A DNA stretch of 37,146 nt from Clostridia bacterium (GTDB taxonomy: Bacteria; Bacillota; Clostridia; Oscillospirales; CAG-272). This document shows positions 10,125 to 20,305 of the stretch, piece by piece. Position 1 is the first letter of the stretch, and each line of letters opens with the position of its first letter. The stretch covers positions 1 to 37,146 of the forward strand of contig JAFYMH010000044.1 in NCBI GenBank assembly GCA_017556685.1. Reading direction: 5' to 3'. Under the pieces are notes generated by a model, which worked only from the letters and a program-made list of their open reading frames with translations, was not told the origin of the DNA and did no database searches. Made by a program: the position numbers and the translations under genes.

Positions 10125-12689
10125 ATGGAAAAGAAAATGACGGGAGATATCTCTTATCCCGAACAGAAGATCGCGAAACGAAATATGGAAAAGGAGCTGA
10201 AAAACTCCTTTATCGAGTATTCGATGAGCGTTATCACGAGCCGCGCGCTTCCCGACGTCCGAGATGGAATGAAGCCGGGTCAAAGGCGTATCCTTTACGC
10301 GATGTACGAGGATCGTCTGACCTACGATAAGCCCTTCCGTAAATCGGCAACCACAGTCGGTAACGTGCTCGGTCGGTACCATCCGCACGGAGATGCCGCG
10401 GTCTATCAGACGATGGTCCGTATGGCACAGCCCTTTTCGCTTCGCTATCCTCTGATCGAGGGACACGGTAACTTCGGTAATATCGACGGTGACGGAGCCG
10501 CCGCCTACCGATACACCGAGGCGAGAATGGCAAAGCTTGCCGATCAGATGATGTCGGATATTGAAAAGAACGTCGTCAATTTCCGTCCGAACTTTGATAA
10601 CTCGAGAAAGGAGCCCGAGGTTCTTCCCTCGCGCTTCCCGAACCTGCTCGTCAACGGCTCTGTCGGTATTGCCGTCGGTATGGCAACCAATATTCCTCCG
10701 CATAACCTAAGCGAGGTCATTGACGGAATCGTCTACCGTATGGATCATCCCGATTGCTCGGTCAGCGAGCTGATGGAATGCATCAAGGGTCCCGATTTCC
10801 CGACTGCGGGCATCATTTACGGCTCGCGCGGAATGCTCGACGCCTATACGACGGGTAAGGGACGGGTGCTTGTCCGCGCCCGCGCCAAAATCGAGGAGGA
10901 AAACCGCCGCATCATCGTTACCGAAATTCCCTACGCCGTAAATAAAAGCCTTCTCGTTGAGGGAATTGCAAATCTCGTTAACGATAAGAAGATCGAGGGA
11001 ATCACCGATATTCGCGACGAGTCGGGCCGCGCCGGAATGCGGATCGTGATCGAATACCGCCGCGACGCCAACGCAGAGGTCATTTTGAATCAGCTCTATA
11101 AGTATTCGCAGCTGCAGGAGACCTTTGCCGTCAATATGCTGGTTCTTGTCGGCGGAGAGCCTCGTATCCTCTCGCTTCCCGAGATCCTTGATCAGTATAT
11201 TACTTATCAGGAGGGGATCATCGTCCGCCGCACGCAGTTTGATCTTGACCGCGCGCAAAGGGAGATGCATATCTTCGAGGGCTATAAGATCGCCATTGAC
11301 CATATCGAGGAGATCATCAATACCATCAGACGAAGCGAGTCGATTCCCGACGCCAAGGCAAGGATGATAGAGAAATTTTCTCTGACCGATCCTCAGGCGC
11401 AGGCGATCGTTGAGATGCCCCTCGGACGCCTTTCGGGTATGGAGAGGCAGAAGGTGGAGGAAAGGATCCTCAAGCTAACCGCGCAGGTCAACGATCTGAA
11501 GGATATCCTTGCCGATATCGGCCGCGTTCGCGAGATCGTCAAGAGTGAGCTTTATATCATGAAGGATAAGTTTGGGGACGAGCGCCGCACCGAGCTTGTC
11601 GAGGCAAGTGACGATATCGACATTGAGGATCTGATTCCGCGCCATACCTGCGTCATCACGACGACCGAAAGCGGATATATCAAGCGTCAGCCCGCCGACA
11701 CCTATTCGGCACAGAACAGAGGCGGCAAGGGCATGATCGGAATGAAAACGAAGGAGGAGGATTACGTTGATAACGTGATCATTACCTCGAGCCATTCGCT
11801 TCTGATGTTCTTCACGAGCGCGGGCCGCGTCTATACCAAAAAGGCGTACCGTATTCCCGAGGCGTCCCGTACCGCAAAGGGCTCGAATATCGTCAATATC
11901 CTCGAGCTTGGCGAAAACGAGAAGATCACCTCGATCATCAGCGTTGACGAGTTCTGCGAGAATGAGTATCTTGTGATGGTCACCAAGCGCGGCGTCATCA
12001 AAAAGACCCGCATTATGGAGTATGAGTACCAGAGAAGATCGGGTAAGATCGCGCTTTCGCTCGACGAGGGCGACGAGCTTCTCTTCGTGCGCCGTACCGA
12101 TGGAAACGGCGAGCTTATCATTGCAACGAGAAACGGTTATGCCGTCAAATTCCGCGAGGATACCGTTCGTGCAATGGGAAGAGGCGCAAGAGGCGTTCGC
12201 GGTATTTCTCTCGGAGAAGACGATCTCGTCGTCGGCGTTGCGCTCGTTGAGGAGAACAAGAAGCTTGTTACGATCACCGAGGGCGGCTTTGGAAAGCAGA
12301 CTGAATACGGGGAGTTCCGCCTGATGATGCATCGCGGCGGAAAGGGCGTCAAGTGTCATAATATCACCGAAAAGACCGGCAAGCTCTGCGCGATCACCTC
12401 GGTTGAGGAAAACGACGATCTGATCATGATCACAAACGACGGAACCATCATCCGTATTCCGATCTCCGGAATTCCGGTCTATTCGAGAAGCGCCGGCGGC
12501 GTTATCGTTATGCGTCTTTCCGAGGGCTCGAGCATCGTCAATATTGCTCGCATCGCCTACGAGGAGCCGAAGGCAGATCAGCCGGCAGAGGCTGTGGCTG
12601 CATCTGAGGGTGAAGAGGCTTCACAGCCCGAGTCTGCCGACGAGGTAAAGGAGCCTATCGAAGAAGGGAAGGAAAATGAAGAAGCGTAA
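10125..12689 (+). CDS. gyrA: DNA gyrase subunit A
   Basis: [16 protein letters not shown], catalytic RYTE, GyrA-box QNRGGKG, beta-pinwheel repeats, acidic tail. Confidence 0.97.
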   Translation: MEKKMTGDISYPEQKIAKRNMEKELKNSFIEYSMSVITSRALPDVRDGMKPGQRRILYAMYEDRLTYDKPFRKSATTVGNVLGRYHPHGDAAVYQTMVRMAQPFSLRYPLIEGHGNFGNIDGDGAAAYRYTEARMAKLADQMMSDIEKNVVNFRPNFDNSRKEPEVLPSRFPNLLVNGSVGIAVGMATNIPPHNLSEVIDGIVYRMDHPDCSVSELMECIKGPDFPTAGIIYGSRGMLDAYTTGKGRVLVRARAKIEEENRRIIVTEIPYAVNKSLLVEGIANLVNDKKIEGITDIRDESGRAGMRIVIEYRRDANAEVILNQLYKYSQLQETFAVNMLVLVGGEPRILSLPEILDQYITYQEGIIVRRTQFDLDRAQREMHIFEGYKIAIDHIEEIINTIRRSESIPDAKARMIEKFSLTDPQAQAIVEMPLGRLSGMERQKVEERILKLTAQVNDLKDILADIGRVREIVKSELYIMKDKFGDERRTELVEASDDIDIEDLIPRHTCVITTTESGYIKRQPADTYSAQNRGGKGMIGMKTKEEDYVDNVIITSSHSLLMFFTSAGRVYTKKAYRIPEASRTAKGSNIVNILELGENEKITSIISVDEFCENEYLVMVTKRGVIKKTRIMEYEYQRRSGKIALSLDEGDELLFVRRTDGNGELIIATRNGYAVKFREDTVRAMGRGARGVRGISLGEDDLVVGVALVEENKKLVTITEGGFGKQTEYGEFRLMMHRGGKGVKCHNITEKTGKLCAITSVEENDDLIMITNDGTIIRIPISGIPVYSRSAGGVIVMRLSEGSSIVNIARIAYEEPKADQPAEAVAASEGEEASQPESADEVKEPIEEGKENEEA

Positions 12690-13335
12690 GCTGATTTTTC
12701 CTCTGATCCTCCTTCTTTGCGTGAGTATTCTTCTGCTCTTCTCCTGTGCGGAAAAGGACGTAATTCACGACGAGGGTGAGATTCTTTCGGCAGCGGAGGA
12801 TCTGATCTCCGAGTCGGTCCTATGGAACCGCATTTTCTATATCGAGGGGCTTTTGCCCCTTGAAGGCGGAAGGAGCTACGGAGACTACAGAGAGGTCGAT
12901 CCCGCCTATCTTTCCGAGATCGGACTTTCGAGCGTTGCCGAGATTGTTGCATACGGCGAGAGGATCTATAGCGAATCGATGATGGCTCTCTTTAAAGAGA
13001 CGATGTTCAGCGCCATCAAAACCGACGTGGGAGGAGTTTCCTCCCCCGCCGTTTGTATCGATTATACCGAGCGGATCGACGGAACCGAGCGCTTTCTTTG
13101 CGTGATGGTCGATCCGAGCGAATCGCCGCGCTTTCATGCGCCCGCGCTTGAATACTTTTTTGATACGATGCAGATCGAATACAACCGAAACGGGAGAGCA
13201 AGCGTCTCGGTATCTGTACGAAGGATAGAGGACGGGGCTCTCTCAAGCATCAAGGTTACTCTCGTGCTTGAAAACGAGGTCTGGCTTCTTGATTCGTACA
13301 CCGCTTTTGCGGATTTTCCGGGCGAGCAATCTTAA
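12676..13335 (+). CDS. Hypothetical lipoprotein
   Basis: MKKRK + hydrophobic stretch + lipobox LFS-C; overlaps the gyrA end; no family recognised. Confidence 0.75.
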   Translation: MKKRKLIFPLILLLCVSILLLFSCAEKDVIHDEGEILSAAEDLISESVLWNRIFYIEGLLPLEGGRSYGDYREVDPAYLSEIGLSSVAEIVAYGERIYSESMMALFKETMFSAIKTDVGGVSSPAVCIDYTERIDGTERFLCVMVDPSESPRFHAPALEYFFDTMQIEYNRNGRASVSVSVRRIEDGALSSIKVTLVLENEVWLLDSYTAFADFPGEQS

Positions 13336-13358
13336 GTTCAGGGGGAAAGGAGAAGTCT

Positions 13359-13838
13359 ATGCGCTTTTGTGAAAAGCTGATCCTTTTAAGAAAGAGAAAA
13401 GGGATGACCCAGACTGAATTTTCAAGGGCGGTCGGTGTCTCTCGGCAGTCGGTTTACAAATGGGAAAGCGGACAGTCCTATCCCGAGGCGGAAAAGCTGC
13501 TTGAGCTTCGTCGTCTGTTTGGCATCTCCATCGATATTCTTCTTGATGAGAGCGCCTCCCTTCCCTTCATTTTAAGTGAAGAAGCACATATTGAATATCA
13601 GGTAAAACAAGAAAAAATAACAACGCCCCCCGAACCTGTGAAGCCGGAGTCGGCGCCCGCCCAGGTCCAAAGGGCACAGCCGACAATCAAAAAAGAGGTC
13701 GAGCCTCCAAGGGAGGAGATTCGTCGGGTTGATTTGAGACGTACGGTTTCCACCCCTGTTTCACTTCCCAAAAAGACGAAAAAGCCAAGCACCTTGAAAG
13801 AGATCGTCAGTACGTTTTTCCCGAAGCGCCGCTTCTGA
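13359..13838 (+). CDS. XRE-family HTH protein with low-complexity C-terminal tail
   Basis: LRKRKGMTQTEFSRAVGVSRQSVYKWESG.SYP HTH; SD aaggag. Confidence 0.85.
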   Translation: MRFCEKLILLRKRKGMTQTEFSRAVGVSRQSVYKWESGQSYPEAEKLLELRRLFGISIDILLDESASLPFILSEEAHIEYQVKQEKITTPPEPVKPESAPAQVQRAQPTIKKEVEPPREEIRRVDLRRTVSTPVSLPKKTKKPSTLKEIVSTFFPKRRF

Positions 13839-13853
13839 TTTCTTTCTCTTGCC

Positions 13854-13883
13854 GTATAACGAAGCCCTTTGCAGTCGATACTT
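13854..13883 (+). promoter_or_regulatory. Putative sigma-F/sigma-G type promoter
   Basis: GTATA (13854-13858) - 15 nt - GTCGATACTT (13874-13883) vs sigma-F GYATA-N15-GGnnAnAHTR. Confidence 0.4.
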
Positions 13884-13922
13884 TCCGGTAGAGATGTCAT
13901 CTTTTACCGAAAGGAAGCGTAT

Positions 13923-14207
13923 ATGGTTAAGGGCTGTGAGAAAAGAGTCGTGCATCTGAAAAACACCGACAGCGAGGTGTTTGAGCAGGCGTTTTTCGTC
14001 CTGAAGGATGCCAAAACCGAAAAACCCCCCTCACGTCTTGAGATGGTGAGGGAGGCAAACCGCATCTTAAATGAGAATATGACCCTCGAGGGGATCCGTT
14101 GTGAGCCGTCGGAGCCCTGTCTTCACGCATGGCAGGCATGCCTGTTCTTCCTTCTTGGAGTCGGCGTTGCCGGCGCGCTTTTCGCGCTCGTTTTTTGCCT
14201 GATCTGA
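13923..14207 (+). CDS. Small hypothetical protein with C-terminal transmembrane helix
   Basis: MVKGCEKRVVHLKNTDSEVFEQAFFVLK...FFLLGVGVAGALFALVFCLI; SD gaaagga before ATG 13923. Confidence 0.75.
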   Translation: MVKGCEKRVVHLKNTDSEVFEQAFFVLKDAKTEKPPSRLEMVREANRILNENMTLEGIRCEPSEPCLHAWQACLFFLLGVGVAGALFALVFCLI

Positions 14208-14248
14208 AAGAGGTACTGTTTTCGGCTCGTTTTACAGAAAGGATTTCT

Positions 14249-16159
14249 ATGCCAAAAACACAAAAGGAACGGCAGCCGTCCGATTCCAAAATGAAAAGGG
14301 AAGAGAAAAAGAAAAAGCCCTTTTTTGAGGACGGGATGCGCAAGAAGGGAAAGCCCGGCGCTTCTCCCCAAAGAAAAAAGGAAAAGGGCAAGGGAAAGGC
14401 GATCGAGCCTGCCTGTACCGCCGCCTCTGTCCCCGCCCGTCAAAAAGCGGCAAGAGGAAGACGTCCCTTTGAAAATAAGGAGAGACGTCAGGGCAAGGCA
14501 GGCGGGACCCTGCGCGTGATTCCTCTCGGAGGACTCGGCGAGATCGGAAAGAACATGACGGTCATCGAATATGAGGAGGATATCCTCATCGTCGATGCGG
14601 GACTTTCCTTCCCCGACGAGGAGATGCCGGGAGTTGACCTTGTCATTCCCGACGTTTCGTATCTCGTTAAAAACGCCGAGCGCGTGCGCGGAATTCTGAT
14701 CACGCACGGACACGAGGATCATATCGGCGGCATTCCCTACGTTTTGCAGTCGCTGAATGTACCGATCTATGGGACGCGCCTTGCTCTCGGGATCCTTGAG
14801 AATAAGCTTTCGGAGACCTCGCTTCCCTTCCGTCCCCGCCTGATATCGGTTGAGGCGGGCGACGTCGTTTCGCTCGGCGCGCTTTCCGCCGAGTTCATTC
14901 ACGTGAACCATTCGATTGCCGACGCTTGCAGTATTGCGATCTACACGCCGCTCGGTACGGTGTTCTGCACGGGCGACTTTAAGCTTGACGTTTCTCCGAT
15001 CGACGGGCGTCTGATGGATCTGACAAGGATCGGTCAGATCGGAGGCGAGGGCGTTCTTCTGATGCTCGGCGAATCGACAAACGCCGAGCGCGCGGGCTTT
15101 ACCCCCTCTGAGCGAACGGTCGGACTTTCACTTGACCGCATCTTCATGACGAATCCCGACAAGCGTCTTGTGATCGCCACCTTCTCGTCGAACGTTCATC
15201 GCGTACAGCAGATCATCAATGCCAGCGCCAAGTACGGCCGCCGTGTAGCGATCGTCGGACGGAGCATGGTCAACGTCGTCGGGGCGGCTGTATCCCTCGG
15301 ATACATGGATGTTCCCGAGGGAGTTTTGATCGATCTTGCCGATATTCGTCGGTATAAGCCCGAGCAGCTGACGATCGTCACGACCGGAAGCCAGGGCGAG
15401 CCGATGTCGGCGCTTTCGCGCATGGCATTTTCGGAGCACAATCAGGTGAAGCTCAGCACCTCGGATCTTGTGATTTTGAGTGCGAGCGCGATCCCCGGCA
15501 ACGAGAAGCTTGTCGGAAAGGTCGTCAACGCGCTCATTAAGAACGGGATCAAGGTCGTAAACGATTCGGTTGCCGACGTGCACGTTTCGGGACACGCCTG
15601 CCGAGAGGAGCTGAAGCTGATGCTCGGGCTCGTTCGCCCGACCTACTTCATGCCTGTGCACGGAGAGGAGAGGCATCTCTACGCGCATAAGGAGATCGCC
15701 GAGTTCATGGGGATCGATCCTTCTCATATCTTCATTTCCCAGATCGGGCGCGTGCTTGAGATCGACTCGCGCGGGGCAAGGCTTGCAGGCACGGTCCCGT
15801 CGGGCAAGGTGCTCGTTGACGGCTCGGGCGTCGGGGACGTCGGCTCGGTCGTTTTGCGCGACCGTAAGCTGCTGGCTCAAGACGGGCTTATCGTCGTCGT
15901 CACGACGGTTGATCCGGTTGACCGCTCGATCCTCTCGGGTCCCGACATCGTTTCGCGCGGATTCGTTTACGTGCGCGATAATGAGGAAATGATGTGCGAG
16001 GCACGAAAAATAGCCACCGACTGCATCAACCGCTGCCTTGAAAACGACAGCACCGATTGGATGCAGCTCAAGGGCGCTCTTCGCGACGAGCTTTCCCGCT
16101 ATTTCTTTAAGGTTACCAAGCGTAAGCCGATGATCCTTCCCGTGATGATGGATATTTGA
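14249..16159 (+). CDS. rnj: Ribonuclease J
   Basis: PLGGLGEIGKNM, THGHEDHIGG, TGDFK, ESTNAE, TGSQGEP, HVSGHA, PVHGE; ATG 14249 after SD gaaagga. Confidence 0.95.
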   Translation: MPKTQKERQPSDSKMKREEKKKKPFFEDGMRKKGKPGASPQRKKEKGKGKAIEPACTAASVPARQKAARGRRPFENKERRQGKAGGTLRVIPLGGLGEIGKNMTVIEYEEDILIVDAGLSFPDEEMPGVDLVIPDVSYLVKNAERVRGILITHGHEDHIGGIPYVLQSLNVPIYGTRLALGILENKLSETSLPFRPRLISVEAGDVVSLGALSAEFIHVNHSIADACSIAIYTPLGTVFCTGDFKLDVSPIDGRLMDLTRIGQIGGEGVLLMLGESTNAERAGFTPSERTVGLSLDRIFMTNPDKRLVIATFSSNVHRVQQIINASAKYGRRVAIVGRSMVNVVGAAVSLGYMDVPEGVLIDLADIRRYKPEQLTIVTTGSQGEPMSALSRMAFSEHNQVKLSTSDLVILSASAIPGNEKLVGKVVNALIKNGIKVVNDSVADVHVSGHACREELKLMLGLVRPTYFMPVHGEERHLYAHKEIAEFMGIDPSHIFISQIGRVLEIDSRGARLAGTVPSGKVLVDGSGVGDVGSVVLRDRKLLAQDGLIVVVTTVDPVDRSILSGPDIVSRGFVYVRDNEEMMCEARKIATDCINRCLENDSTDWMQLKGALRDELSRYFFKVTKRKPMILPVMMDI

Positions 16160-16173
16160 GAGGAGTCTTTACG

Positions 16174-17055
16174 ATGAAAAAGGTCACAAAGGCGATCATC
16201 CCTGCCGCCGGGCTCGGAACGCGGATGCTTCCGATCTCGCACGCCGTTCCGAAGGAGGCGCTTCCGATCGTGGATCTTCCCGCGATCAGCTATCTCGTCC
16301 GCGAGGCGGTCGAGAGCGGAATCACCGATATTCTTATCGTGACGGGTCGCGACAAGGATGCGATCGAGGACTTTTTCGATTATTCCCCCGAATACGATGC
16401 GGCTCTGCTCGGCAAGGGTAGGACCAAGGAGGTCGACCGTCTGCATGAGCTTGCCGATATGGCGAATCTGTATTTTATCCGTCAGAAAACGGCAAAGGGT
16501 CTTGGTCACGCGGTCGGCCGCGCGCGGAGCTTCGTCGGGGACGAGCCCTTTGCGGTCCTTTACGGCGACGATCTCGTTTTTTCGAAAACGCCGGTCTGCC
16601 GACAGATGATCGACGCCTATGAGAAATACGGGCGTGCCGTCGTCGGCGTTAAGCCCGTTACCCCCGAGCAGCTCTCGAAATACTGCTCTCTGAAGGTCGA
16701 GCCGATCGCGGGGAGCGAGAACGCATATTTCTGCGACGATATGATCGAGAAGCCCAAAAAGGGGCAGGAGTATTCAAATCTCTCGATTCTCGGACGGGTT
16801 TTGCTCGAGCCGTCGATATTTGACGTGATCGAGCAGCTTGAGCCGGGCGCAGGCGGTGAGATCCAGCTGACCGATGCGATGGCAGAGGTCGCTCGCACAA
16901 GGGGCGTCACGGCACTCGAGTTTGAGGGAACGAGATACGATCTCGGCTCTAAGCTCGGATGGATGATGGCAAACGTTACGCGCGCCGCAGAGCACGAGGA
17001 GATCGGAGAGGAGTTTCGCGCATTCCTGAAGGATTTTTGCGAGAAGCTGAAATGA
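16174..17055 (+). CDS. galU: UTP--glucose-1-phosphate uridylyltransferase
   Basis: KAIIPAAGLGTRMLP...PKE.LPIVD, GLGHAV, IEKP, GEIQLTDA. Confidence 0.92.
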   Translation: MKKVTKAIIPAAGLGTRMLPISHAVPKEALPIVDLPAISYLVREAVESGITDILIVTGRDKDAIEDFFDYSPEYDAALLGKGRTKEVDRLHELADMANLYFIRQKTAKGLGHAVGRARSFVGDEPFAVLYGDDLVFSKTPVCRQMIDAYEKYGRAVVGVKPVTPEQLSKYCSLKVEPIAGSENAYFCDDMIEKPKKGQEYSNLSILGRVLLEPSIFDVIEQLEPGAGGEIQLTDAMAEVARTRGVTALEFEGTRYDLGSKLGWMMANVTRAAEHEEIGEEFRAFLKDFCEKLK

Positions 17056-17492
17056 TCTCGGTCACAAGCGCAGACGAAAGGGATCTTCCCTTTCTTTACA
17101 TAACTGAGGCCTCGGTTTTTTCGGACGCTTGGAGCGAGGGAGCCATAAGGGGGCATCTTTTGTCCGAGCATACGCTTTCCCTGATCGCAAGGGAGGGCGA
17201 TACCCCCCTTGGGTACCTGCTTGCCTCGGTGCTCCCACCCGAGGGTGAGCTTTATCGCATTGCCGTTTGCCCTGCCGCTAGGCGCCGCGGCGTCGGAAGG
17301 CTTTTGCTTGACGAGCTTTTTCGTCTGGCAATCGAGCGGGGCGCTGAGAAAATCTATCTTGAGGTACGGGAGAGCAATCTTTCCGCGCGCGCACTGTACG
17401 GTTCGGTCGGCTTTGAGACGGTCGGGCTTCGAAAGAATTATTACCGCCGCCCCGACGAGAACGCGGCGGTCCTTGTGAAAGGGCTTGTATGA
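17052..17492 (+). CDS. rimI: Ribosomal-protein-alanine N-acetyltransferase
   Basis: IAV.PAARRRGVG, LEVRESN..A..LY...GF...G.RKNYY; ATGA overlap with galU. Confidence 0.88.
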   Translation: MISVTSADERDLPFLYITEASVFSDAWSEGAIRGHLLSEHTLSLIAREGDTPLGYLLASVLPPEGELYRIAVCPAARRRGVGRLLLDELFRLAIERGAEKIYLEVRESNLSARALYGSVGFETVGLRKNYYRRPDENAAVLVKGLV

Positions 17493-18580
17493 TCATCATT
17501 GGCTTTGAAAGCTCCTGCGACGAGACCGCGGTTGCCGTTGTTGAGCGCAAGGAGAGCGGAGAGCTTCACATTCTGTCGAATATCGTTTCCTCGCAGGTGC
17601 CGATCCACCGCAAATACGGCGGCGTGGTGCCCGAGATCGCATCGCGGGCGCACGTGGAGGCGATCTCGGAGATTACCCACCGCGCGCTTTCGACGGCAGG
17701 GGTAACGGTAGAGGAGATCGATCTCGTTTCGGTGACCGATCATCCCGGGCTGATCGGTGCTCTGCTCGTTGCCGTCAATTTTGCAAAGGGCTTTGCTCTT
17801 GCAAGTAGTAAGCCTCTGGTCGGCGTCAGTCATATCAGAGGGCATATCGCCGCCTGCTATCTTGCAGGGAACGGCGAGGTGCCAAAGCCTCCTTTCCTGG
17901 CACTCGTGGTTTCGGGGGGACACACCTCGATCTATCGCGTGGCGTCCTATACCGAGGTTGAAGAGATCGGCGGAACGAGGGACGACGCCATGGGCGAGTC
18001 CTTTGATAAGATCGGCCGCATCATCGGGATCCCATACCCTGCGGGGGCGGGCTTTGACGCTCTTGCCGCCGAGGGGATGCGCCTTGCATGCGGAAAGGAC
18101 GAGCCGTCGCTTTCGGAGTTCAGAGCCTCGGCCGCGGCAAAGGATCCGACCCTTACCCTTCCTTCCCCCGCCCTTGCGGGAGATACGCTTGACTTCTCCT
18201 TCTCGGGTCTGAAGACAGCCGCGATCAATCTTCTTCATCGAACCGAGCAACGGGGAGAGACGATAGAGCGCGAGCTGTTTGCGGCGGCGTATACCGCCGA
18301 GGCGGTCGAGGCGGTGGCAAAAAAGATCAGCCTTGCGCTCTCCCGATACGCGGGCGAGGGGCTTGCCGTTGCGGGGGGCGTTGCCGCCAACTCGCATCTG
18401 AGACGCAGGCTTGCCGAGGTGGCAAAGGAAAAGGGCGTGCCGCTTTTCATCCCTCCGCTTTCGCTTTGCGGCGACAATGCGGCGATGATCGCGGCGGCAG
18501 GCTACTATGAGTATCTCGCGGGGCATCTTGCGGACAGCTCTCTTTCGGCATCGGCTCTTGACGATCCCATTGGGACTTGA
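17489..18580 (+). CDS. tsaD: tRNA N6-adenosine threonylcarbamoyltransferase
   Basis: ESSCDET, YGGVVPEIASRAH, HIRGH, VSGGHT, DDAMGESFDK, FSFSGLKT, GGVAAN, DNAAMI. Confidence 0.95.
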   Translation: MIIIGFESSCDETAVAVVERKESGELHILSNIVSSQVPIHRKYGGVVPEIASRAHVEAISEITHRALSTAGVTVEEIDLVSVTDHPGLIGALLVAVNFAKGFALASSKPLVGVSHIRGHIAACYLAGNGEVPKPPFLALVVSGGHTSIYRVASYTEVEEIGGTRDDAMGESFDKIGRIIGIPYPAGAGFDALAAEGMRLACGKDEPSLSEFRASAAAKDPTLTLPSPALAGDTLDFSFSGLKTAAINLLHRTEQRGETIERELFAAAYTAEAVEAVAKKISLALSRYAGEGLAVAGGVAANSHLRRRLAEVAKEKGVPLFIPPLSLCGDNAAMIAAAGYYEYLAGHLADSSLSASALDDPIGT

Positions 18581-18618
18581 TCGTCTGACATAAATTCAGA
18601 AAAAGCAGGAAAAAAGAA

Positions 18619-19338
18619 GTGGAACATATCGATAAGGTAGCAGGCACCTTTGGCAAACGCGGCGAGAGCGGAGAGCTTCTTCGCGGTAGCGTTTCGCCTG
18701 CCGTCATCCGTCGGCTTCCGCGCTATCACAGGTATCTCGGAGAGCTTCTTCGGAACAACCGGCTTCGGATCAGCTCCTCGGAGCTTTCGAAGATGATGAA
18801 GGTCACCGCCTCGCAGATCCGTCAGGATCTGAATTGCTTTGGCGGCTTTGGACAGCAGGGCTACGGCTATAACGTCAAGTACCTTCACGGCAAGATCAGC
18901 GAGCTTCTCGGCGTTTCGGCGGGGCTTGGCGCGATCGTTGTAGGTGCGGGAAATCTTGGGCGCGCGCTCGTTTCAAGCCATATGTTTGAAAGACGGGGCG
19001 TTACGCGCCTTGCGCTCTTTGACGTCGATCCCGCTCTGATCGGAAGCGAGATCTCGGGGCTTTCGGTGTACGCGCTTGAGCAGCTTGAGAGCTTTTGCGA
19101 GCAGAGTCGGCCCGATATTGCGGTTTTGACGACTCCCAAGGAGGCGGCGTACGAGGTTGCGGTCCGTCTTGCCAAGGCGGGGATCCGCGGGATCTGGAAT
19201 TTCTCGAACATGGAGCTGCACCTGGAGGAGTATCCCGAGGTCATTATCCAGAATATCCATCTCGGCGATTCGCTGATGACCCTTTGCTATGAGATCGTCT
19301 CGTCTGCCGAGAGCAATCGACAAAGCGATGAAGAATAA
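18619..19338 (+). CDS. rex: Redox-sensing transcriptional repressor Rex
   Basis: RRLPRYHRYL, QIRQDLNCFGGFGQQGYGY, VGAGNLGRAL, GIWNF; start codon uncertain. Confidence 0.93.
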   Translation: MEHIDKVAGTFGKRGESGELLRGSVSPAVIRRLPRYHRYLGELLRNNRLRISSSELSKMMKVTASQIRQDLNCFGGFGQQGYGYNVKYLHGKISELLGVSAGLGAIVVGAGNLGRALVSSHMFERRGVTRLALFDVDPALIGSEISGLSVYALEQLESFCEQSRPDIAVLTTPKEAAYEVAVRLAKAGIRGIWNFSNMELHLEEYPEVIIQNIHLGDSLMTLCYEIVSSAESNRQSDEE

Positions 19339-20302
19339 GACGGTTTATTATGAAATTGAAGGCGAGCGCGGCGGCGCCATCCCCGCACTCGGCGGAAAAA
19401 ATATTTTAAGAGAGGCGTCGGGAGACGATCTTCGCGTGCTTCTCGTGCTTCTCGAGCGTGGCGGAAGGGTGAGCGAAAGCGAGCTTTCGGATCTCGTCGG
19501 CTGCAGCGCTCGGCGCGTTTCGGCATCGATCGACTATTGGATCGAGGGAAAGATTCTGAAAAGGGTCGAGGACTCACATGGAGCCGGCGCGCCGCTTCGG
19601 TCGGCGTCTGAGCTTGCCGAGACGAGCGGCGAGGAGGTTGCCGAGATCGTTTCCCGCCGCGACCTCTCCGCTCTGATCGACGAGGCGCAGGCGATCTACG
19701 GAAAGGTCTTTAACACCTCTGAGATCGCGGTCATCGCGGGGCTGTCCGAGCAGCTTGAGCTTGAGGACGGGTACATCCTTCTTCTGCTTTCCTATTGCAT
19801 TCGCCGCGGAAAGCGTTCTCTGCGCTATGCGGAAAAGACGGCGTTTTCCCTCTTTGAGGAAGGGATCGACAGTCTGCCGATGCTGGAGGAGCATATCCGC
19901 CGCCGCGAGCTTGCGGCATCGGGCATCGGCTCGCTTCGAAGGATGTTCGGCATCGGCGAGCGCGCCCTGACAAAGCGAGAGGAGGATGCCTTCACGCGTT
20001 GGCTTGCCGAGTGGGACTTTTCACTTGACTCGATCGGCATCGCATACGATATTACCGTCAATACCAGCGGAAAGGCATCGGTCGCCTACGCAGACAAGAT
20101 CCTTATGAAGTGGTATGCGGCGGGATGCCGTACCGAGGAGCAGATCGACGCCTTCCTTGCAAGGGAAAAGGAGAGCTTTAAGCCGAAAACCCCCACCAAA
20201 AGGGAAGAAAAGCCGAAGGCAGACAAAATCGGAAGCTTTGACACCGACGAGTTTTTCCAAAAAGCACTTGAGAGGAGCTATGCTCCGAAGGAAAAGAGGT
20301 AG
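19328..20302 (+). CDS. DnaD-domain primosomal protein
   Basis: Two DnaD-like domains (LRYAEK.A..L.E.GI; ASVAYADKIL.KW..AG), paired with the downstream ATPase as in Clostridia. Confidence 0.8.
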   Translation: MKNKTVYYEIEGERGGAIPALGGKNILREASGDDLRVLLVLLERGGRVSESELSDLVGCSARRVSASIDYWIEGKILKRVEDSHGAGAPLRSASELAETSGEEVAEIVSRRDLSALIDEAQAIYGKVFNTSEIAVIAGLSEQLELEDGYILLLLSYCIRRGKRSLRYAEKTAFSLFEEGIDSLPMLEEHIRRRELAASGIGSLRRMFGIGERALTKREEDAFTRWLAEWDFSLDSIGIAYDITVNTSGKASVAYADKILMKWYAAGCRTEEQIDAFLAREKESFKPKTPTKREEKPKADKIGSFDTDEFFQKALERSYAPKEKR

Positions 20303-20305
20303 CCG

